A DNA stretch of 64,000 nt, taken from assembly GCA_026396615.1 (NCBI GenBank), contig JAPLWK010000008.1, positions 75,817-139,816 of the forward strand, written 5' to 3'. Each line of letters begins with the position of its first letter. Positions within the stretch are counted from its first letter, which is position 1. Position numbers and translations under genes: made by a program. This DNA is from a candidate division WWE3 bacterium. GTDB lineage: Bacteria > Patescibacteriota > WWE3 > JAPLWK01. The notes beneath the pieces are model-generated. The model did not search any database. It was not told where the DNA came from and saw only the letters and a list, made by a program, of their open reading frames with translations. Positions 56,989 through 64,000 of this stretch are shown here, one piece after another.

Positions 56989-58367
56989 AGATTAGGCTTG
57001 CTGACGAAGTTTAACGTTGGTAAGAGCCTCCCATCAGCAATTACTTCCATTGTAGCAAACTTGCTCCCCGGGAGGCTCGCGGTGACCCGATATTTGCCGT
57101 TAGGGAGCGGGGTGGAGACTACGAATTCTCCTAAATCATTGGTTTTAAGGGCTCTTAAGGGGTCGCCGGTGTCATCTTTAACGATAATAATAACGCCTTG
57201 AATCAGTTTTCCCAAACTATCTTTAACAACGCCATTTATTACATTAGGGCTGGCAGTGAGAGAGCGGCTTTTGTCGATTTTTGGCTCTTCCAATATTTCC
57301 TGGGCGGCATTACCCATTGTAGGTTGAATAGGTACGATAGGTTTGATAGGTGTTATAGGTGTATTGATCGGTGGGTTGGTTCTTAAAGCGGCTAGGTTTT
57401 GTTTCATTTCTTCAAATTCGGCTGCGATTTGTTTTTTTTTAGTTTTCTCGTCTTCTTTAACCTTTAATTCCGCCGCTTCGGCAGCCTTAGTCTCCATTTC
57501 CAGTTTTTTAAGTTCCGCGGTTAGGAGTGGCGGGACTTCATCGACCGTTTTTGGGGCCGGCACCATCGTTGGCATTTGAACGGGACTGTTAAAACCCCGT
57601 TTTTCCCTAATTTTAGTCACCAATTTTTCTAAATTTGTGACTTGTTCGGTAATACTGGCCTCCTGGGGTTTAGTTGTAACCTCGTCATTATTAGGAAGGG
57701 ACGCACCATAAACACTTTTAGCCGGAATATTCATTTGAGTTTGGGTATCTTCAATCTTTAAGGCGCGACCGGCATTACCTTCGGGAGTTACGGTCACTTC
57801 CGGTGGGGTTTCAATAGTCGTTGTGGTTGTCGTCGGAGCGGTCGTTGTTAAATTACCGGGTACTGAAACATTAAAATTTAAATGTTCTAAGTAAAGTTCT
57901 TCGGCGAGATCGAATTTATTTTTAGGTTTATTACTTTGGGCTGCTCCCAGATAAGTCATTAAACGGGCCCGAGAGTTGGCGGGAGCAATTATTAGCGCTT
58001 CATTTTTAAGGGCGGAGGCGTAATCAGCCAGTAGAAATTTAGGCGCCAGTGGCTCTTTTTTCCAGGCCCGCAAGGTCGGACTACTTATTGCTTTCCAAAA
58101 ATTACGAATCCAAACATCCAGACCCCGATTTTCAAAAGGCACGAACGCAAAAGCCAAGCCTCCCAAACTAATAAGAGCAACAAGCGGCCACTTAAAAATA
58201 AATACCAGATGTGAAGAGTACACTGCATAGGCACCAACTACCCCTGTCGCGGCATATACGAATTGGCGGACTGTCATCGAGCCAATCAACTTAAATTCCA
58301 CACTCATGATGTTCTGGGGAACGGGGTGCTGTTTACTGGATGAAAAGTCGGTGGTTGGTAGTGGCAT
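56985..58367 (-). CDS. PrgI-family membrane protein with coiled coil and C-terminal carboxypeptidase-regulatory-like domain
   Basis: QHPVPQNI..VEFKLIG.MT.RQF, two TM helices, R.LD.W; INGVVKD..G...RALKTN..G.F; start re-set to MPLP. Confidence 0.8.
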   Translation of the reverse strand: MPLPTTDFSSSKQHPVPQNIMSVEFKLIGSMTVRQFVYAATGVVGAYAVYSSHLVFIFKWPLVALISLGGLAFAFVPFENRGLDVWIRNFWKAISSPTLRAWKKEPLAPKFLLADYASALKNEALIIAPANSRARLMTYLGAAQSNKPKNKFDLAEELYLEHLNFNVSVPGNLTTTAPTTTTTTIETPPEVTVTPEGNAGRALKIEDTQTQMNIPAKSVYGASLPNNDEVTTKPQEASITEQVTNLEKLVTKIREKRGFNSPVQMPTMVPAPKTVDEVPPLLTAELKKLEMETKAAEAAELKVKEDEKTKKKQIAAEFEEMKQNLAALRTNPPINTPITPIKPIVPIQPTMGNAAQEILEEPKIDKSRSLTASPNVINGVVKDSLGKLIQGVIIIVKDDTGDPLRALKTNDLGEFVVSTPLPNGKYRVTASLPGSKFATMEVIADGRLLPTLNFVSKPNL

Positions 58368-58405
58368 CGACCCTATTATAGTAGAATGCAACCATAAATA
58401 CACAT

Positions 58406-58504
58406 GTCATTCCGGCCCCGGAGCCGGAATCTAGTAACAGATCAAAATTATAAATTAAAAATTTATTGTATATTTACTGGATTCCGGGTCAAGCCCGGAA
58501 TGAC
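58406..58504. repeat. GTCATTCC B/A doublet with AT-rich spacer
   Basis: Type B at 58406-58437 and reverse type A at 58474-58504, abutting the dnaJ stop. Confidence 0.9.
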
Positions 58505-59430
58505 TAGTGGGTTTGTTTTTGAAGTTCCTCTAATATTCTTTTCTCATCGCGGCTTAGTTTTTTAGGTATTTCGACGAGGATGCGAACAAAAAGGTCACCG
58601 CGGCCTCTTCCATGTAAATGAGTTAAACCTCGGCCCTTAACTCTAAAGTCCGTTCCAAACTGAGTACCACTGGGGATTTTTAGTTTTATATTTTCAACCC
58701 CAACTTCTTTGCGGTCGCTTAAAGCTGGGACTTCGACTTCACCGCCTAAAGCGGCAGTCGTAAAGCTGATGGTCTTTAAAGTGTACAGGTCATCTCGTTC
58801 CCTAGAGAATCTGGCGTCAGGAACGACACGAATCGTTAGCAGCAAATCTCCAGCCGGCGTCCCCGCCGGTCCGGCTTCTCCTTCGCCGGTAAACTTCATT
58901 TGGGCCCCATCATAAATACCGGCTGGAATTTTAATTTTCAGTTTTTTACCTTCAAAGTTTATGTCTTGTTCGTCTCCGTAGGCAGCGGCTAGGAAATTAA
59001 TTCCAATTTGATAATGTTTGTCGCGACCCTTGCGACTGCGACCGTAGCCGCCACCAAAGAAAGATTCAAAAATATCACCCATGCCCCCTTGCCCAAATAG
59101 ATCCCCTAAATCAATGCCTTCACCATTTGTTGAATACGTGTAGCTAAACGGTCCGCCGCCGGCAAAGGGATTACCACCATTCCCGGCTCCCGCGCCGGTC
59201 CCCGCGCCAAAGGCGTCGTGGCCAAACTGGTCGTAGGCCTTGCGCTTTTCGGGATTGGAAAGGACCTGGTAGGCTTCATTGATTTCTTTAAAGCGCTCCT
59301 CGGCGCCGGCGGTCTTATCTATATCCGGATGATGTTTCCGGGCCGCCTCACGAAAAGCCTTTTTTAAGTCGTCTTCCGATGATCCCTTAGGCACTCCCAA
59401 AACTTCATAATAGTCTCTTTTAGTTGACAT
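58504..59430 (-). CDS. dnaJ: DnaJ co-chaperone lacking the Zn-finger region (class B)
   Basis: DYYEVLGV, HPD, FKEINEAY, G/F region, C-terminal domains; no CxxCxGxG. Confidence 0.9.
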   Translation of the reverse strand: MSTKRDYYEVLGVPKGSSEDDLKKAFREAARKHHPDIDKTAGAEERFKEINEAYQVLSNPEKRKAYDQFGHDAFGAGTGAGAGNGGNPFAGGGPFSYTYSTNGEGIDLGDLFGQGGMGDIFESFFGGGYGRSRKGRDKHYQIGINFLAAAYGDEQDINFEGKKLKIKIPAGIYDGAQMKFTGEGEAGPAGTPAGDLLLTIRVVPDARFSRERDDLYTLKTISFTTAALGGEVEVPALSDRKEVGVENIKLKIPSGTQFGTDFRVKGRGLTHLHGRGRGDLFVRILVEIPKKLSRDEKRILEELQKQTH

Positions 59431-59479
59431 AGCAGTTGAATATTAGCATTCTTTGGCAGAAAACGTATGGGTCTGATGA

Positions 59480-59665
59480 TTACTTTCTTTTGAGTGTCTT
59501 TAAGAAGACATAGAGGCTAATAGGAAGAATTAACAATGGCAGTAATGCTGCGGGGATTCCCAGATTAAGCCGGTTATTTGCAAATATAGCAACAAATACA
59601 ATCGCCGTGTAAGTAATTGTAAAGATAATAATTGAAATTACTGGGATCTTCATAATAAATAACAC
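59480..59665 (-). CDS. Small two-TM hypothetical protein
   Basis: 61-aa hydrophobic ORF, AT-rich, co-oriented between dnaK and dnaJ. Confidence 0.45.
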   Translation of the reverse strand: MLFIMKIPVISIIIFTITYTAIVFVAIFANNRLNLGIPAALLPLLILPISLYVFLKTLKRK

Positions 59666-59696
59666 ACCTGCTCAATTGATTTCATAGTCCCTCACG

Positions 59697-59909
59697 TTAA
59701 ACTTTCCTTAAAGTAATTTCTTCTGGTGTTACCTTAAGTATATCAAATTTTGAATTAGCCACATAGATAGTTTTAGTCTCTAGTGGGTAAAATAGTGCAA
59801 GATTGTACGATCCTACAACTATTGAAAATGATTGACTAGTCGGCATTCCTGAATAGGTAAATCCTGAGTAAGATTTACCTATTTTAATTGTTATTTCCTC
59901 CTGATTCAT
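59697..59909 (-). CDS. Small hypothetical protein
   Basis: 70 aa, ATGA overlap with the dnaK stop, AT-rich. Confidence 0.6.
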   Translation of the reverse strand: MNQEEITIKIGKSYSGFTYSGMPTSQSFSIVVGSYNLALFYPLETKTIYVANSKFDILKVTPEEITLRKV

Positions 59910-61807
59910 GAAACCACCTCGCCTTCTTTAACTTCACCTGTTCCCTGTGGTCCTGGTTGTCCACCAGCTGGCGGAGGAGTTTGTGGACCTTTGTCGCCGG
60001 CTTGTGGTGAGCCTTTCGAACCATACATCGCTTCGCCGATTTTTTGGACGGCGAGAGATAATTCTTGGGTCTTGGCTTTTAGGTCAGCGACGGACGCAGT
60101 ATTTAAGATTTCTCGCAGAGATTTAACTTTATCTTCAATGTCTTTCTTCACATCGGCCGCGACCTTGTCTCCCGCGTCCCGCAGGGATTTTTCGGCAGTA
60201 TAGCAGAGGTTGTCGGCTTGATTGCGGGCTTCGGCTTGCTCTTTTTTAGCAGCGTCCTCAGCGGCGTGGGCGGCGGCTTCGCTAACCATCCGTTCCACTT
60301 CTTTTTTGTCGAGCCCAGTGCCACCTTGAACAGTGATTTTTTGAGATTTATTAGTGGCTTTATCTTTAGCGGTCACGTTTAAAATGCCGTTAGCATCAAC
60401 GTCAAAAGTCACCTCGACTTGCGGCACTCCTCTTGGCGCGGTTGGAATTCCGTCTAGCATAAATCTACCTAGTGATTTATTGTCGGCCGCGAATTCCCGC
60501 TCGCCTTGCAACACGTTGACTTCGACTGAGGTCTGATTATCAGCAGCGGTGCTGAAGACTTGGTTAGCGGAAGTTGGAATGGTCGTATTTCTCTTAATAA
60601 GTGGTGTCGAAATGCCACCCAGCGTTTCAATACCCAATGTCAAAGGCGTGACATCTAAAAGCAGAATGTCTTTCACATCGCCACCAAGAACTCCGCCCTG
60701 AATAGCAGCCCCGACGGCGACGACTTCATCGGGATTGACGCTCTTGTTGGGTTCTTTACCGAAGTATGCCTTGACGGTCTCCACGACCTTAGGCATTCTC
60801 GTCATTCCGCCAACCAAAACGACTTCATTGATGTCATTTACAGTGAGACCGGCATCACTCAAAGCTTTTTTAGTTGGTTCCATGGTGGCATCGATTAAGT
60901 CGGCGACCAGTTGTTCCAGTTTGGAACGGCTAATTTTAACGCTCAAATGCTTTGGGCCTGTCGCATCAGCGGTAATAAAGGGAATGTTAATTTCGGTTTC
61001 TAAACTTGCGGAAAGCTCAATTTTGGCCCGTTCGGCGGCGTCTTTTAGGCGTTGCAAGGCTTGACGGTCACTACTTAAATCAACGCCCTGCTCTTGCTTA
61101 AAAGTATCAATCAGCCACTTAATAATCCGTTGATCAAAATCGTCACCGCCGAGGCGGGTATTACCATTGGTCGCTTTAACTTCAAACACACCATCGCCAA
61201 TTTCTAAAATCGAGATATCAAAAGTGCCGCCGCCTAAATCATAAACGGCGATCTTTTCGCTTTTCTTCTTGTCTAAACCATAGGCTAAAGCGGAAGCGGT
61301 TGGTTCGTTAATAATTCGCTTGACGTCAAAACCGGCAATCTGACCGGCTTCTTTGGTAGCATTGCGTTGGCTGTCATCAAAATAAGCGGGCACGGTAATC
61401 ACGGCTTCGGTAATCTTTTGCCCCAAAAAGGCTTCTGCGTCGGCTTTCATTTTAGCGAGAATCTGAGCGGAGATTTCTTGCGGAGTATAAGTCTTCCCTT
61501 CGATTTCAACGACCGCCAGGCCGTTAACCCCTTCCACAATCTTATAAGGGTAAGTTTTAGCTAACTCTTGAACAACCGGGTCTGAATATTTTTTCCCCAT
61601 TAATCGTTTTATAGAAAAAACGGTATTTTTAGGATTCACAATTTGCTGCCGTTTAGCAGGAACACCAACGACGTTCTTATCAACCGTCACTACCGATGGT
61701 GTAGTATTGCCGCCTTCGGCGTTGTGGATAACTTTGGGGGTGCCCCCTTCCATCACAGCCATGCAGGAGTTAGTGGTTCCGAGATCGATCCCAAGAATTT
61801 TAGACAT
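59906..61807 (-). CDS. dnaK: Chaperone DnaK
   Basis: [37 protein letters not shown]; start MSKILG with SD GGAGG. Confidence 0.98.
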   Translation of the reverse strand: MSKILGIDLGTTNSCMAVMEGGTPKVIHNAEGGNTTPSVVTVDKNVVGVPAKRQQIVNPKNTVFSIKRLMGKKYSDPVVQELAKTYPYKIVEGVNGLAVVEIEGKTYTPQEISAQILAKMKADAEAFLGQKITEAVITVPAYFDDSQRNATKEAGQIAGFDVKRIINEPTASALAYGLDKKKSEKIAVYDLGGGTFDISILEIGDGVFEVKATNGNTRLGGDDFDQRIIKWLIDTFKQEQGVDLSSDRQALQRLKDAAERAKIELSASLETEINIPFITADATGPKHLSVKISRSKLEQLVADLIDATMEPTKKALSDAGLTVNDINEVVLVGGMTRMPKVVETVKAYFGKEPNKSVNPDEVVAVGAAIQGGVLGGDVKDILLLDVTPLTLGIETLGGISTPLIKRNTTIPTSANQVFSTAADNQTSVEVNVLQGEREFAADNKSLGRFMLDGIPTAPRGVPQVEVTFDVDANGILNVTAKDKATNKSQKITVQGGTGLDKKEVERMVSEAAAHAAEDAAKKEQAEARNQADNLCYTAEKSLRDAGDKVAADVKKDIEDKVKSLREILNTASVADLKAKTQELSLAVQKIGEAMYGSKGSPQAGDKGPQTPPPAGGQPGPQGTGEVKEGEVVS

Positions 61808-61811
61808 AATT

Positions 61812-62231
61812 TTAAATACCTCCTTTAGTATTTCCAACCTTAACTTTAGCGGCTCTTAATATTTTATCACCAATTAAATAACCCTTGGACCCAATTGCCA
61901 CAACTTCATTTTCGGGGCCATCAACCATTTCCAAGGCTTCCATTGTAGCAGCATCAAACTTTTTTCCCAGGCTTTCCATTTCGGCAACACCAAAATCTTT
62001 TAAAACGTCGACAAATTTCTTGGTGGCTAACGTTAATCCCTCATCTTTTACATGATTCGCGGCGGCTTCCACCGCATCCAAAACCGGCAGCAATTCCGAA
62101 AGCAAAAAAGTATTGGCCATGGACGCGAAAGCTTGACGCTCTTCCAGCGTTCGTCTTTCCAAATTGCGATAATCAGCGACAGCCCGCTTCCAATTATTTT
62201 CTAGTTCATTACAGCGATCTTCCAGTGACAT
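61812..62231 (-). CDS. grpE: Nucleotide exchange factor GrpE
   Basis: [21 protein letters not shown].....LR.AKVKV. Confidence 0.93.
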   Translation of the reverse strand: MSLEDRCNELENNWKRAVADYRNLERRTLEERQAFASMANTFLLSELLPVLDAVEAAANHVKDEGLTLATKKFVDVLKDFGVAEMESLGKKFDAATMEALEMVDGPENEVVAIGSKGYLIGDKILRAAKVKVGNTKGGI

Positions 62232-62235
62232 AAGA

Positions 62236-62967
62236 CTACCAGGCTCCTCCCAAGTCGCTTAGCAAATTGTTAATGTGGCGAACGGCCGGAATGATTTGAT
62301 TATAGTGCATCCGACTCGGTCCTAAAATCCCGGCCACGCCTTCAAATTTACCATTTTTAAAATTGGCGACCACTAAGCTGCAAGCGGCCAGTTTTTCTTC
62401 ACCGATTTCGGAGCCAAAATACACTCTCACCTCTGGATTATCTTTGCCCATATTTACAATTTTAAGTAGTGATTCTGATTTATTCATGAGACGTAAAGCG
62501 GCCTGGGCGACATCGATGTCAAAAAACTCGGCGTTTTCGAGAAGATGATCGGCCCCGGAATGGAAAATATAGCCGTTAGTCGTGACTACCACACCCAGAC
62601 TTTGAGTGGTATCGGCCAGGGCGTGAGAGGCGGTGTAAAAGAGTTTAACGGCCTCTTCCCGCTCCTGCCACAGGCGTTGCTTTAGAGCCACTTCTTGCAG
62701 AATAGGCAATTCTTCTTTAGTGACTAGATGTTCTAAGTAGTAGCGCCAACCAAGGCTAGTGGGGGCGCGGCCGGCTGAAGAGTGCGGCTGGCTAAGATAG
62801 CCTTTTTCGCTGAGAGATACCATTTCGTTACGAACGGTAGCGGGGCTCACTTTCATTTGGGTTTTCTCGACCAGATTTTGAGAACCGACCGGTTCGCTGG
62901 ATTCGATGTACTCTTCGATAATGGCTTTTAGAAGTTGAGATTGGCGATCGCTTAAATCAGGAGTCAT
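62236..62967 (-). CDS. hrcA: Heat-inducible transcription repressor HrcA (short form)
   Basis: LSDRQ..LL..IIEEYI...EPVGS, SPATVRNEM, QPHSSAGR.PT..G.RYY, LGPSRM.Y. Confidence 0.93.
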   Translation of the reverse strand: MTPDLSDRQSQLLKAIIEEYIESSEPVGSQNLVEKTQMKVSPATVRNEMVSLSEKGYLSQPHSSAGRAPTSLGWRYYLEHLVTKEELPILQEVALKQRLWQEREEAVKLFYTASHALADTTQSLGVVVTTNGYIFHSGADHLLENAEFFDIDVAQAALRLMNKSESLLKIVNMGKDNPEVRVYFGSEIGEEKLAACSLVVANFKNGKFEGVAGILGPSRMHYNQIIPAVRHINNLLSDLGGAW

Positions 62968-62972
62968 ATTGC

Positions 62973-62999
62973 TTAGCAATAATAGCGTAAGAGTGATAA
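62973..62999. promoter_or_regulatory. CIRCE operator
   Basis: TTAGCAATA-N9-GAGTGATAA versus consensus TTAGCACTC-N9-GAGTGCTAA, directly upstream of hrcA. Confidence 0.8.
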
Positions 63000-63009
63000 A
63001 ATTGTCAAG

Positions 63010-63783
63010 ATGCCATTAAAAAAATCACTGGGCCAAAACTTTTTAATTGATAACTTAGTAATTTGGGACCTGCTAGATGCGATTGATGTCCGGTCAAACG
63101 ACGTTCTCCTGGAGGTAGGAGCCGGTTCCGGGGCCGTCACTACTGAGCTGGCCGGTCGAGCAGCTAAAGTATACGCGGTCGAATTTGATGAAGACTTGAT
63201 TCCAGAGTTGACCTCAAACTTAGAGCAATTTTCCAATGTTGACATTGTTCCGGCCGATATTTTACGCTTTCTAGAAGATTATGACCACGTCAAATCTCTG
63301 GGGATTACTAAAATCGTGGGCTCCATTCCCTACCAAATCACTTCGCCTTTAATACACCTGGCTTTAAAATATAATTATCCGGTCATCTTCGTGGTCCAAA
63401 AAGAAATGGCGGAAAGACTAACCGCTAAGCCGCCAAAAGCAAATTATTTGTCGACTTTTGTGAGTCTGTGGGGTCAAGCCGAGATAGTTCGAACCATTGA
63501 TCGGAATTCTTTCAATCCGGTGCCGGGTGTCGACAGTGCGATCTTGAAAATCGTTCCGCATCCGGTCGTCTCTTCGGTTGACCCGGTCGCTTTCTCTAAG
63601 TTTTTGCACAAAGGTTTTAGTAATCCTCGCAAGATGCTGAACAAAGTGTTTAATAAAGATTTATTAACGTCCTTAGATATTGATCCGATGCGCCGAGCAG
63701 AGACGTTGACTCTTTCGGAATGGTTAAAACTTTTTGATATCGAAATCGGAACGAGGGCTGAGCATGCTCAGCCCCTACAATAA
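63010..63783 (+). CDS. rsmA: 16S rRNA m6,2A dimethyltransferase RsmA/KsgA
   Basis: KKSLGQNFL, LEVGAGSG, VE.D, IPYQITSP, QKEMAER, F.P.P.VDSA, RAETL. Confidence 0.95.
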   Translation: MPLKKSLGQNFLIDNLVIWDLLDAIDVRSNDVLLEVGAGSGAVTTELAGRAAKVYAVEFDEDLIPELTSNLEQFSNVDIVPADILRFLEDYDHVKSLGITKIVGSIPYQITSPLIHLALKYNYPVIFVVQKEMAERLTAKPPKANYLSTFVSLWGQAEIVRTIDRNSFNPVPGVDSAILKIVPHPVVSSVDPVAFSKFLHKGFSNPRKMLNKVFNKDLLTSLDIDPMRRAETLTLSEWLKLFDIEIGTRAEHAQPLQ

Positions 63784-63834
63784 TCTGTAGAAGGCCTTCT
63801 GAAGATTCCGCGTAGGGGCGCAGCATGCTGCGCC
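63753..63834. repeat. GTAG-type REP doublet with central AGAAGGCCTTCT palindrome
   Basis: gagggctgagcatgctcagcccctac (inside the rsmA 3' end) ... gtaggggcgcagcatgctgcgcc. Confidence 0.8.
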
Positions 63835-63881
63835 TTCGGCGACTCACACAACCCAATTCCCCACCAGTTACCCGATAGTAT

Positions 63882-63910
63882 TTGACTTTTCCTTGGTTTT
63901 GGGCTATAAT
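63882..63910 (+). promoter_or_regulatory. Sigma70 promoter
   Basis: TTGACT-17 nt-TATAAT. Confidence 0.75.
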
Positions 63911-63962
63911 ATAAGGACAAATAAGTTAGTTACAGATTTCTGGTCCCCAAAAGGAGGGAGCC

Positions 63963-64000
63963 ATGTCAACAGGTATAACGATACCGGACGAGATGTCACA
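63963..64000 (+). CDS. Start of a CDS running off the window
   Basis: SD AGGAGG, then MSTGITIPDEMS... Confidence 0.55.
   Translation, partial: MSTGITIPDEMS

Noticed and set aside
54406-58367. prgI-virB4 block as an integrative conjugative element
   Set aside because: No relaxase, coupling protein, integrase or att repeats were seen, and it is tightly coupled to tpiA and LCP.

Overview
This is a 64-kb chromosomal segment of a small-genome bacterium, most likely Patescibacteria/CPR (Microgenomates- or WWE3-like; taxonomy inferred from gene content, genetic code 11). It spans the probable replication origin (jag-yidC-yidD-rnpA-rpmH <> dnaA, a DnaA-box cluster and a DnaA-trio-like run). Housekeeping genes include recF, mutM, smpB, dnaG-rpoD, pnp-rpsO, infB-ylxR-nusA, dnaN, tpiA, hrcA-grpE-dnaK-dnaJ with a CIRCE operator, and rsmA. 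RNA genes are tRNA-Ser(GCT), tRNA-Arg(GCG), tRNA-Ser(CGA) and tmRNA. Accessory content is envelope-centred. Six tandem VirB2/TrbC-like pilins include two that share an almost identical 190-bp core, one of them frameshifted. They are bracketed by three kinds of peptidoglycan hydrolase (SpoIID, SLT-like, M23) and comF. VirB6-like and PrgI-VirB4-like genes lie elsewhere in the window, as do a methyltransferase/GT-C island and a CPHC-thioredoxin/CxxC-membrane-protein cluster. Intergenic DNA holds several palindromic repeat families. There are 15 GTCATTC hairpins whose five inverted doublets are always A/B heterodimers enclosing variable contents, in one case a REP pair plus an AT-rich gene. There are also GTAG-type REPs and heptamer-periodic 129-nt palindromes, and a decayed GIY-YIG nuclease lies next to one doublet. 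Many genes have a -10 box 6-8 nt before the start codon, which suggests leaderless mRNAs. All calls are by-eye motif recognition; no database searches were run.
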